UHGV virus genome: UHGV-0284389
DNA from: a virus
Direction: 5' to 3' (one strand)
DNA: 10,812 bases
Both the position numbers and the translations under genes were made by a program. Position 1 is the first letter of the stretch. Each line of letters starts with the position of its first letter. The notes under the pieces are model-generated. The model did not search any database. It had not been told where the DNA came from and saw only the letters and a list, made by a program, of their open reading frames with translations. Positions 1 through 7,922 of this stretch are shown piece after piece.

Positions 1-67
1 AGTTCTGGTCAACGACCAGTTGAGCGGATTCGCGTTTAAACTCTGCGCTGAAATTTCTTTTTTTCAT
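1..67 (-). CDS. IS3-family transposase OrfA (IS911 InsN-like), N-terminal fragment, 3' end outside window
   Basis: ATG at 67-65 (minus); translation [22 protein letters not shown] matches the remembered IS911 OrfA start; the reading frame runs off the window edge. Confidence 0.75.
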   Translation of the reverse strand, partial: MKKRNFSAEFKRESAQLVVDQN

Positions 68-139
68 TATGACACCTGTGTTGTTCTGAGGTGAGCATAT
101 CACCTCTGTTCAGGTGGCCAAATTCAGTAAACCACTTCA
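1..139 (-). mobile_element. IS911-like (IS3 family) insertion sequence, left end plus start of orfA; continues beyond window start
   Basis: Minus strand reads 5'-TGAAGTGGTTTACTGAATTTGGCCACC... from position 139, an IS3-family TG... terminus, followed by an ATG at 67-65 encoding [23 protein letters not shown] recognise this from memory as the IS911 OrfA N-terminus; not verified by search. Confidence 0.8.
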
Positions 140-1539
140 ATCAGGCTGTCGATGATGAATAACTGGATCCCGTATCGGCGGCGAGCGTAGTCGAATATTT
201 CGATCAGCCTGTCGGCTTTCGCCGTTCCGGTCAGGCCAAACACCCAAAGTCTTTCGTCATAAAATTTAAATGCAGAGTCAATTTCCAGCACTGGCGGCAT
301 CTTGCAGCACGTCGCCTGACGGGTAAGTCGCTTAAGGAGAATGCCTGGCTTCAGCTCAAGTGACGCGATGCACGTCTTCACACCCTGACGCATTGCCTCA
401 AGTGCCATATGCCCGACAACCTCCGTTTTTCCGTGACCGTTCACACCATTGACCAGCGTCAACTCGGCCTCACGGAACTGGAATTTATCTGCCAGAGATT
501 CCCACGGTGGATTAAACAGATACTGCTGCTTGCCGTAGAAAGCGTTGATAGTGTCCTGGTAAAACTCTCGCGCGCTGTAGAGTTCTTCAGGATCGAAGTA
601 GGATGCCGTGCCGATGTACTGCCAGATTTCATCCTCGGTAACACCGTTCATCAGGCATTCGTTGATGTCTTTGTACGGCAGAGTAACAAGACGGCAACGA
701 TGTTCACCGAGTCGGCTTGCGATTTCCCTTGCGGCTTCACGACCAACATCATCAACGTCCATCGAGATGAATATTTCCTCAAACCTGTCGAGATTGTGAT
801 ACTCAAACTCAATCCACTGCTGCTTAGCGCCTTTCCCGCCACCAAACGGCACGGATAACGCCGAGATGCCGTATTGCGCATAGCTCATACAATCAATTTC
901 GCCTTCGCAAAGTACAACCGCCCTCACGCCAGCGTCCAGAGCCTGCCATCCGAACAGACAAGGTTCGCAATCACCTTCTGCCATAATGACTTTCTTCCCG
1001 TCCGGGCGCTCAGTGCTGATTCGCTTGACCTGCAACAACTCACCATCGCGTTTGTACGGAAGCACCAGAGCATCCAGTTCTCGCTCTCCATTCCACACCT
1101 TGCCGCTGACAACCTCGTAGCGCTTTACGACTTCTGGCGATATGCCACGCGATTGCAGGTACTCAAGATGGGATTCTGTTCTGGTAACGTAGCGGGCGAT
1201 TTTCTTGCGATCAGGTCTGGAGAATTTCTTCTCACGTTTGGCATCGAAATGGTGATCGTCATCCTTGATACCGAGAAATGCTTTCGCTTCCTGCATAGCC
1301 TGATGCAGGTTAATTCCACGACATGCCATCCACAAATCAAGCATGTCACCGCCGTCTCCCTCAGCGAAATCAGCCCATTTTTTCTTGCCGCTAAGGTTGA
1401 CCTTAAGGCTGTTTCCCTTGTCACCGTTGACGTTACCGGCAACCCACTCATGCCCATCTTTCTTGCCGTTTGGCAACAGGTGCGGAGCCACCCTGTCAAC
1501 CTGCGCCCAAAGCAGGTCGCTAAGTTCACTTGGAGTCAT
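124..1539 (-). pseudogene. T7 gp4-like bifunctional DNA primase-helicase, C-terminally truncated by the IS911-like insertion
   Basis: 471-aa ORF. The central TOPRIM region (VVLCEGEIDCMSYAQYGISALSVPFGGG...MDVDDVGREAAREIA...LPYKDINECLMNG) aligns with the T7 gp4 primase core, and Walker A (GVNGHGKT) and Walker B (LFIIDSL) helicase motifs follow. The frame ends 4 codons after Walker B with residues EVVY-stop encoded by IS terminal sequence (junction at 139). Helicase motifs H3/H4 and the arginine finger are missing. RBS GAGG precedes the ATG at 1539. Confidence 0.8.
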
Positions 1540-1646
1540 TACGCTGACCTCAGATCGAGACGGTTAAACCAGAACTCAACGAATGCAGAACTAAGCCAGC
1601 CATGGTTATAGCCAGCGATAAGTAACGATTTGATTCTGGATTTCAT
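1539..1646 (-). CDS. small hypothetical ORF (35 aa) between the O-like gene and the primase-helicase gene
   Basis: ATG at 1646-1644 sits 3 nt after the O-like stop; its stop overlaps the primase-helicase start (TAATG). Translation MKSRIKSLLIAGYNHGWLSSAFVEFWFNRLDLRSA. No recognisable homology; RBS weak. Confidence 0.25.
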   Translation of the reverse strand: MKSRIKSLLIAGYNHGWLSSAFVEFWFNRLDLRSA

Positions 1647-1649
1647 GGT

Positions 1650-2510
1650 TCACCTGTCGAAAAACACGTAGCCAGTTTTCGATACGGTGATTGCGGATGA
1701 TGGTTTGGATTGTGGTTGAATAGTTTCTGGCTTCTCGTCGTTCCAGCGTTGACCGTTCAGGTAGCTTGATGGTAACAACCTGTCGAATCCGAACTGCTTA
1801 CCATTCCTGCATGCGATGTCTTCTGCCAGCATCGTGGCAAACTCGCTTGCCGTACCCCTGGTAGTTTTACGCCATTCCCTGAACTGTGTTCTGAATGCCG
1901 AAGCTGCGTTTTTCTTCCCGGCTTTCCGCATGCCTGCACACCAGAATATTTCCTCGAATGCCTTGTCGGTTTCTTCGTGACGGTCAGATGATTTTTCACA
2001 CTCAGTCCGAACACTTTCGGACATAGTGTTTTTATTATTTCTTTTTTCTTTTGTAATAGTTTCTTTTGTGTGTCCCTGTTTTGGTGACAGCGCTGTCACC
2101 GTTTTGGTGACACTTTTTGTCACCAATGCAGTGACATTATCACCAGAGTAGTGACACCCTTCGATTTGCCATTCCTCGATGTTCTTGTTAGGCCCGATTT
2201 GCTGGCCTTCGCGAAGGATAACCTTCATCGCGATAAGCTCATTCTTGGCCTTGTTTACCTTCTGTCTTGGCAGCCTGGTAATTTGAGCTAACTGACTATC
2301 AGAGATGCGATCCATCTTTTTACCGTAGCCGTATGTTTTACGGCATATGGCGTGGGCAACCTTGCTCTGATTTTTCGTTAAATCTGCGCCGATAAGCTCT
2401 TCATACAGGGCATTTGCAAGACGGGTATAACCATCTTCAACTTCTGCCACACGACGCTCCACAGGCCGTTGTGAAGGCCTTAAATGTGTTACGGTTGCAA
2501 GATTACTCAT
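1650..2510 (-). CDS. phage replication initiator, lambda O-like (replisome organiser), with origin iterons embedded
   Basis: 286-aa ORF sitting between cII and the helicase gene, as O does in lambda. The N-terminal segment ([58 protein letters not shown]) resembles the O N-terminal DNA-binding domain; a repetitive VT-rich linker is encoded by the iterons; the C-terminal motif is [34 protein letters not shown] upstream. Confidence 0.7.
   Translation of the reverse strand: MSNLATVTHLRPSQRPVERRVAEVEDGYTRLANALYEELIGADLTKNQSKVAHAICRKTYGYGKKMDRISDSQLAQITRLPRQKVNKAKNELIAMKVILREGQQIGPNKNIEEWQIEGCHYSGDNVTALVTKSVTKTVTALSPKQGHTKETITKEKRNNKNTMSESVRTECEKSSDRHEETDKAFEEIFWCAGMRKAGKKNAASAFRTQFREWRKTTRGTASEFATMLAEDIACRNGKQFGFDRLLPSSYLNGQRWNDEKPETIQPQSKPSSAITVSKTGYVFFDR
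2028..2072. promoter_or_regulatory. AT-rich tract flanking the iterons (candidate DNA-unwinding element of ori)
   Basis: TTTTTATTATTTCTTTTTTCTTTTGTAATAGTTTCTTTTGTG lies immediately next to the iteron array inside the O-like gene. Confidence 0.5.
2083..2157. repeat. iteron array of a putative phage replication origin (inverted GGTGACA/TGTCACC half-sites at ~20-25 bp spacing)
   Basis: GGTGACA at 2083-2089 and 2106-2112; TGTCACC at 2094-2100 and 2118-2124; GTGACA at 2131-2136; ATCACC at 2139-2144; GTGACAC at 2151-2157. All lie inside the O-like coding region, as in lambda ori. Confidence 0.65.
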
Positions 2511-2649
2511 GACCTTTCTCCTTCTGCATCAGCTTCACTTTTTCCAACTCAGCCCGGAATCGACCAGGCTGCTTGAAGCTGGACAGGAAGCGATCACGTA
2601 GTATGTGTTTGTGAATTTTGTCCTGGTAAGGACTGAGTTGTTTTGTCAT
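2503..2649 (-). CDS. small basic hypothetical protein (48 aa) between cII and the O-like gene
   Basis: ATG at 2649-2647 with a strong RBS (AGGAG, 6 nt spacing); its stop overlaps the O-like start. Translation [48 protein letters not shown]. No recognised homology. Confidence 0.45.
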   Translation of the reverse strand: MTKQLSPYQDKIHKHILRDRFLSSFKQPGRFRAELEKVKLMQKEKGHE

Positions 2650-2654
2650 AATGA

Positions 2655-2726
2655 CTCCTGTGGATTGATCCAGTCTTTCTACATCAGGCCTCGAAGAATT
2701 CGCCGTTCTTCGGGGCTTTTTCTTTT
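2655..2726 (+). ncRNA. oop-like antisense RNA candidate, ending in a strong intrinsic terminator opposite the cII 3' end
   Basis: Plus-strand hairpin CCTCGAAGAA-(TTCGCCG)-TTCTTCGGGG (2689-2715) followed by CTTTTTCTTTT. A candidate -10 CATAAT at 2647-2652 lies upstream. Position and orientation mirror lambda oop RNA, which is antisense to the cII 3' end. The 5' end is a guess. Confidence 0.4.
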
Positions 2727-2965
2727 GTCAGGTAATCGGCAAGCCGCTTAGTCAATTCAGCCATTTCATCGTCTTCGATTCCGTATTCCAGAACAGCAAG
2801 CATCATGCTTACCTGCGAGAAGAAACCATTCTTCCATCGGCTTACCTGATATTCAGGAACCCCCATCGCTCGAGCGAATGTCTTCTGCCCCATCAGTGCC
2901 AGTTTGTTCAGCAAGGCTGACTCGATGCGAGCCGCTTTCTTGCTTTTAGTTGCAATAGTACCCAT
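2684..2965 (-). CDS. cII: CII-like transcriptional activator
   Basis: 93 aa. [58 protein letters not shown] parallels lambda CII ([59 protein letters not shown]). RBS AAGGA; lies downstream of cro and nutR. Confidence 0.85.
   Translation of the reverse strand: MGTIATKSKKAARIESALLNKLALMGQKTFARAMGVPEYQVSRWKNGFFSQVSMMLAVLEYGIEDDEMAELTKRLADYLTKEKAPKNGEFFEA
2689..2726 (+). terminator. rho-independent terminator (10-bp stem, 7-nt loop, U-run)
   Basis: Stem 2689-2698 pairs with 2706-2715 (one G-U), followed by the T-rich run 2717-2726. Confidence 0.6.
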
Positions 2966-3041
2966 AGATAATTTCCTTAATGATTAGATAGAGTTGGCTT
3001 CGCAAAGAAACGCAAAACCATAGAGATTTGTTTCTGGTAAT

Positions 3042-3073
3042 GCCCTTTTTCAGGGCGGGGATGTGTAAGAGCG
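3042..3073 (-). promoter_or_regulatory. nutR (boxA CGCTCTTA at 3073-3066, boxB GCCCTGAAAAAGGGC at 3056-3042)
   Basis: Minus strand reads CGCTCTTACACATCCCCGCCCTGAAAAAGGGCAT, nearly identical to lambda nutR; located immediately downstream of cro. Confidence 0.85.
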
Positions 3074-3081
3074 TTAATAAC

Positions 3082-4410
<1,329 letters not shown>

Positions 4411-4485
4411 TGTAGTCGGAACCTGCAACCACTAATCCCCACCTCAATCTCAGTAACCCAAAAACAAACTATTTTCCGTTTAAAA

Positions 4486-4553
4486 ACAATGGAGTTTGTT
4501 TTTCACGCCCCTTTTTACAATATTTCTTGTTTACAACATACAATCTTTCTTGT
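4486..4553. promoter_or_regulatory. 434-type left operator (three ACAA-N6-TTGT sites: 4486-4499, 4517-4530, 4540-4553) with PL promoter
   Basis: Sites ACAATGGAGTTTGT, ACAATATTTCTTGT and ACAATCTTTCTTGT. Candidate PL -35 TTTACA (4530-4535) and -10 TAATTT (4553-4558), 17-bp spacer. The inferred start near 4565 is where the lambda-like leader ATCAGCAGGACGCACTGACC begins. Confidence 0.8.
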
Positions 4554-4597
4554 AATTTTAAGCCATCAGCAGGACGCACTGACCACCATGAAGGTGA

Positions 4598-4628
4598 CGC
4601 TCTTAAAAATTAAGCCCTGAAGAAGGGC
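4598..4628 (+). promoter_or_regulatory. nutL (boxA CGCTCTTA at 4598-4605, boxB GCCCTGAAGAAGGGC at 4614-4628)
   Basis: Sequence identical to lambda nutL boxA/boxB, within the PL leader upstream of N. Confidence 0.9.
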
Positions 4629-4785
4629 AGCATTCAAAGCAGAAGGCTTTGGTGTGTGTGATACGAAACGAAGCATTGGCCGGAAGTGCGAATCCGGATT
4701 AGCTGCCAATGTGCCATTGCGGGGTGTTTTCGTTCAGGACTACGACTCCCACACACAACCAAAGCTAACTGACAGGAGAATCCAG

Positions 4786-5118
4786 ATGGATGCACAAACA
4801 CGCCGCCGCGAACGTCGCGCAGAGAAACAGGCTCAATGGAAAGCAGCAAATCCCCTGTTGGTTGGGGTAAGCGCAAAACCAGTTAACCGCCCTATTCTCT
4901 CGCTGAATCGCAAACCGAAATCACGAGTAGAAAGCGCACTGAATCCGATAGACCTTACAGTGCTGGCTGAATACCACGAACAGATTGAAAGCAACCTGCA
5001 ACGTATTGAGCGCAAGAATCAGCGCACATGGTACAGCAAGCCACGTAGTGAAATGGGTGTGACCTGCTCAGGCCGCCAGAAGCAACGCGGAAAATCAATT
5101 CCAGCTTATTACGATTGA
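4786..5118 (+). CDS. N: antitermination protein N (lambda-like)
   Basis: 110 aa. MDAQTRRRERRAEKQAQWKAANPLLVGVSAKPVNRPILSLNRKPKSRVESALNPIDLTVLAEYH... is near-identical to lambda N, including the arginine-rich boxB-binding motif; the C-terminal ~25 aa diverge. RBS AGGAG. The track ORF 4654-5118 is an upstream in-frame extension. Confidence 0.93.
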   Translation: MDAQTRRRERRAEKQAQWKAANPLLVGVSAKPVNRPILSLNRKPKSRVESALNPIDLTVLAEYHEQIESNLQRIERKNQRTWYSKPRSEMGVTCSGRQKQRGKSIPAYYD

Positions 5119-5125
5119 GGTAGTC

Positions 5126-5263
5126 ATGCTCAAGAAAGTCAAACGCCGACTTTACAAAGAAGGTAGATATTCATGCCAATTGCCAAAATGCGACACAACA
5201 AAATGGAGTGTCGATGATTGGTGTAACTGGATAGATAGATACGGAACTTGGTGGGATAAATAA
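5126..5263 (+). CDS. small Cys-containing hypothetical protein (45 aa) immediately downstream of N
   Basis: ATG at 5126 with GAGG RBS 5 nt upstream. Translation MLKKVKRRLYKEGRYSCQLPKCDTTKWSVDDWCNWIDRYGTWWDK (3 Cys, Trp-rich). It occupies the lambda ral position but I see no sequence similarity. Not in the ORF track because it is under 60 aa. Confidence 0.4.
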   Translation: MLKKVKRRLYKEGRYSCQLPKCDTTKWSVDDWCNWIDRYGTWWDK

Positions 5264-5317
5264 CAGGTAACTTAAGCGTATTTACTTTCGCAGCAAACCA
5301 CTTATTTGAGGTGAGAT

Positions 5318-5788
5318 ATGACAAAATCATGGAGCGTACCTTTTCCTGAATCAGAAACTGAACATGATGGAATGCCTGTTTTCTGGAGATTCCAAGCGAC
5401 AGTTGAAGAAGGTGGAATCAAAATATTCGCACTTCAATATATAGCTTTTCATCAGACAGAGCATTATGCATGGTTGGTTCCTGCGCATTGGATTGTTAAT
5501 TTTAAACCAGCACCAAATCAGTGGTTACAGGAATGGAAACAAAGGAGAAATAGATATGCAATTAAGAAAGTAGCAAAAAATGCAGAAAGATCTTTTGCAT
5601 TCCCAACGAAGAAACTTGCCATTGAGAGTTTATTGCGCCGGAAGAAATACCATTTAATGAGAATCAAACAAGATTTGGCTGTTGTATCAACTCTTGTTGA
5701 TGGGATGAAGAATATTGATACATCAACACCAGATATTGAATATAACTTTGGACACAACCAAGAAACAGAAAATTGGGTATTTTATTAG
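5318..5788 (+). CDS. hypothetical protein (156 aa), low-GC moron in the PL operon
   Basis: Good RBS (GAGGTGA, ATG at 5318). By eye the GC content is well below the flanking genes. The C-terminal half is K/R-rich; no predicted TM segment. No homology recognised. Followed by its own intrinsic terminator at 5893-5918. Confidence 0.6.
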   Translation: MTKSWSVPFPESETEHDGMPVFWRFQATVEEGGIKIFALQYIAFHQTEHYAWLVPAHWIVNFKPAPNQWLQEWKQRRNRYAIKKVAKNAERSFAFPTKKLAIESLLRRKKYHLMRIKQDLAVVSTLVDGMKNIDTSTPDIEYNFGHNQETENWVFY

Positions 5789-5802
5789 TACAAATAAGCA
5801 CT

Positions 5803-5830
5803 GTGTATTCATTCCAACGAGTGAATACAC
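5803..5830. other. perfect 9-bp inverted repeat hairpin (GTGTATTCA...TGAATACAC)
   Basis: 5804-5812 pairs with 5822-5830, 9-nt loop, no U-run on the plus strand; intergenic after the moron. Confidence 0.4.
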
Positions 5831-5892
5831 GGAGCAATGTCGCTCGTAACTAAACAGGAGCCGACTTGTTCTGATTATTGAAAATCTTCTTT

Positions 5893-5918
5893 GCCCTCCG
5901 ATGTGAGGGCCTTTTTAT
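5893..5918 (+). terminator. rho-independent terminator
   Basis: GCCCTC-(CGATGT)-GAGGGC followed by CTTTTTAT. Confidence 0.7.
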
Positions 5919-5982
5919 ATGCATACCAATAACGCTTCACTTGAGGCGTTTTCGTTATGCAATCAAACAGAAGGAGCATCCT

Positions 5983-6153
5983 ATGCAACAGTTCGCTATT
6001 GCAGGGGCGGCATCGGTTCGCCCTTTCAACCCAATTTTATCGGTACAGCATTCACGAAAAAATATTTTAACCGGAGCAGACTTTAAACAACCAAGAATGA
6101 AAAGTTTGCTCGAAAAGCTTTGGGATATTTTGAAACAACAAGGCCGTCCATGA
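5983..6153 (+). CDS. cIII: CIII-like protein (FtsH protease inhibitor homologue)
   Basis: 56 aa from the ATG at 5983 (RBS AAGGAG, 6 nt spacing): MQQFAIAGAASVRPF...KSLLEKLWDILKQQGRP. Compare lambda CIII MQYAIAGWPVAG...RKLRDGWKRLIDILNQPGVP. The track ORF 5878-6153 starts inside the upstream terminator and is probably an artefactual extension. Confidence 0.6.
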   Translation: MQQFAIAGAASVRPFNPILSVQHSRKNILTGADFKQPRMKSLLEKLWDILKQQGRP

Positions 6154-6257
6154 GTTTTACAGATAACTGGTCAGACGAAGAATTCATTCGTCAGATGAAC
6201 AAAATGCTCAATCAGCACAAAGAACAGGAGAAAGATGATGATTCTGACTCTGAATGA
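6150..6257 (+). CDS. small acidic hypothetical protein (35 aa), overlapping the cIII stop (kil position)
   Basis: ATGA overlap with the cIII stop. Translation MSFTDNWSDEEFIRQMNKMLNQHKEQEKDDDSDSE. No homology recognised; may not be expressed. Confidence 0.3.
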   Translation: MSFTDNWSDEEFIRQMNKMLNQHKEQEKDDDSDSE

Positions 6258-6546
6258 TAAGCGTGAAATATCGCAAATAATCGCAAGTTTTACTGATGAA
6301 GATTACGAACGAATCAACAGTGAAGTTGATCGCCTCTGCAAACGTTGCGACCCAATAAGCGAAATGCTTCGCTCATATAAACCAGATGAACATACTAAGG
6401 ATGCTATCGACTGGCTGGAAGATGATGATTGTAACTATCAGGAAAAAGCCGCTGAATGGTTCTGGGATGCAATAACCGAAAGAGTTAAGGCTGAATATGC
6501 CTTCGCAATATTCAAACGCAGACACATTTTTGGAGAAGCTGCATGA
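6235..6546 (+). CDS. acidic hypothetical protein (103 aa) immediately upstream of recT (gam position)
   Basis: RBS AGGAG 6 nt upstream of the ATG; its stop overlaps the recT start (ATGA). MMILTLNDKREISQIIASFTDEDYERINSEVDRLCKRCDP... Not similar to lambda Gam by eye. Confidence 0.6.
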   Translation: MMILTLNDKREISQIIASFTDEDYERINSEVDRLCKRCDPISEMLRSYKPDEHTKDAIDWLEDDDCNYQEKAAEWFWDAITERVKAEYAFAIFKRRHIFGEAA

Positions 6547-7445
6547 GCAATATCGTTGAATTCGTTAAACAGCAGGAGCAGTTATTCTGCGGAGCATTGA
6601 CTGAACAGACGGTGACATGGGCTAAGGAAAGCCAGTTTGCAATTCAGTATTTCCAGAAAAACGATTACCTGGCTAAAACGGCACTGGCAAATCCAACCAG
6701 CGCACAGAACGCCATCATCAATGTTGCGGCGATCGGCATCACCTTAAACCCGGCCAGCAAACTGGCTTATCTGGTTCCTCGCGACGGCATGGTGTGCCTT
6801 GATATCAGTTACATGGGATTACTTCATCTTGCGCAATCGACAGGATCAATTAAGTGGGGACAATGCAAACTGGTGTACTCAAACGACACCTATGAATCAA
6901 ACGGCCTTGATTCAGCACCAACTCACAAATACAACGCATTTGGTGAGCGAGGCTCTATTGTTGGTGGTTATTGCACGGTTAAAACAGCAGATGGTGACTA
7001 CCTGACTGAAGAAATGAGTCTGGCAGAAATTAAAGCTGTGGAAGCAACGAGCAAGGCAAAGAATGGACCGTGGAAAACATTCTGGGAAGAGATGGCGCGT
7101 AAAACAATAGTTAAACGCGCCAGCAAATACTGGCCTAAAGCCCAGCGACTGGATAATGCCATTCACCTGCTTAACGAAGATGAAGGTATGCATCAGGAAC
7201 CAGTTATGCCACACAAATCAGAGGAAGATATCCGTGAAGATGAGCGGAAACGCCAGCAGGAAATAATGGATAAAGCACAATTTCTTTGCGATGAAATGGC
7301 TCAGGCAGAAAACATGGACGATTTGAAGCGATATTTTGCAGAAGCATATCGCCTGACATCTGGAATGAAATTGCAGCAGAACGTACAAGCCATTTACATA
7401 GAATGCAAAGCGAAACTGGAGGTTGCCAGTGAGCAAACTGTATGA
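6543..7445 (+). CDS. recT: RecT-family single-strand annealing protein (recombinase)
   Basis: 300 aa. The motif GPWKTFWEEMARKTIVKRASKYWP matches RecT GPWVTHWEEMAKKTAIRRLFKYLP. Sits at the bet position of the PL operon. Confidence 0.85.
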   Translation: MSNIVEFVKQQEQLFCGALTEQTVTWAKESQFAIQYFQKNDYLAKTALANPTSAQNAIINVAAIGITLNPASKLAYLVPRDGMVCLDISYMGLLHLAQSTGSIKWGQCKLVYSNDTYESNGLDSAPTHKYNAFGERGSIVGGYCTVKTADGDYLTEEMSLAEIKAVEATSKAKNGPWKTFWEEMARKTIVKRASKYWPKAQRLDNAIHLLNEDEGMHQEPVMPHKSEEDIREDERKRQQEIMDKAQFLCDEMAQAENMDDLKRYFAEAYRLTSGMKLQQNVQAIYIECKAKLEVASEQTV

Positions 7446-7911
7446 AATAGCCAATGAATACGCAAAGCTGATGGATTCAGATTTAGAGCCAGAGATGATT
7501 GCTGACACAATAGCAGGCATGGAAGGAGAATTTACCGATAAAATAGAGCAACTTCTTGCCATTATTAAAAATGAATCTGGTTATGCTGAACGCCTCAAGG
7601 ACGAGGCAAAGTCACTGAATGAACGAGCAGCAGTAATTCAAAATAAGATTGACAGCATTATGGCGTATATAGCGTCATCGCTTGAAATGGTTGGCAAGAA
7701 AAAGATTCGAGCAGGTATTCACCAGGTAACAATCCGCAAACCGTCAGAAACTGTAGAAATCATCGACTCAAGCGCCCTTCCTCCTGAATACGTTGAGTTT
7801 GAAACGACAATTAAAGCCGACAAGTTGGCAATCAAACACCAACTAAAAGCAGGAATAAATATCCCCGGTGCTCAACTCAAAGTTGGGAAACCTTCACTTC
7901 TTATCAAATAA
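7429..7911 (+). CDS. Siphovirus Gp157-like protein
   Basis: Probable GTG start at 7429 (RBS GGAGG 7 nt upstream; the track uses TTG at 7423). The N-terminus SKLYEIANEYAKLMD...EPEMIADTIAGMEGEF and predicted coiled-coil resemble the Gp157 family often found next to RecT/ERF genes. Assigned from memory. Confidence 0.5.
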   Translation: MSKLYEIANEYAKLMDSDLEPEMIADTIAGMEGEFTDKIEQLLAIIKNESGYAERLKDEAKSLNERAAVIQNKIDSIMAYIASSLEMVGKKKIRAGIHQVTIRKPSETVEIIDSSALPPEYVEFETTIKADKLAIKHQLKAGINIPGAQLKVGKPSLLIK

Positions 7912-7922
7912 CGGTATCGCCT

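Noticed and set aside
409-1611. Plus-strand ORFs (409-858, 608-799, 874-1611, 1343-1567) and minus-strand ORFs (459-644, 651-881, 924-1112, 1125-1529) overlapping the primase-helicase gene
   Set aside because: They lie entirely inside a well-supported minus-strand gene with recognisable conserved motifs, have no RBS, and their translations are low-complexity; treated as frame artefacts.
1757-2014. Minus-strand 85-aa ORF inside the O-like gene
   Set aside because: Alternative frame of the initiator gene; no independent start signals.
4634-5015. Minus-strand ORFs 4634-4876 and 4833-5015, plus the upstream extension of N to 4654
   Set aside because: They overlap the lambda-like N leader and N coding sequence; N starts at 4786 with its canonical MDAQTRRRERR N-terminus and RBS.
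5139-5330. Minus-strand 63-aa ORF downstream of N
   Set aside because: AT-rich region, no convincing RBS, and opposite to the operon direction; the plus-strand 45-aa ORF with an RBS is preferred, though neither is proven.
5878-5982. Extended start (ATG 5878) for the cIII-like gene
   Set aside because: That start lies inside the intrinsic terminator hairpin and adds a hydrophobic 35-aa leader; the ATG at 5983 has a near-perfect RBS and matches the CIII N-terminus MQ(Y/Q)(F)AIAG.
6799-7562. ORFs 6799-7005 (+), 6912-7214 (-) and 7218-7562 (-) overlapping recT and the gp157-like gene
   Set aside because: Alternative-frame or antisense artefacts within well-supported genes.
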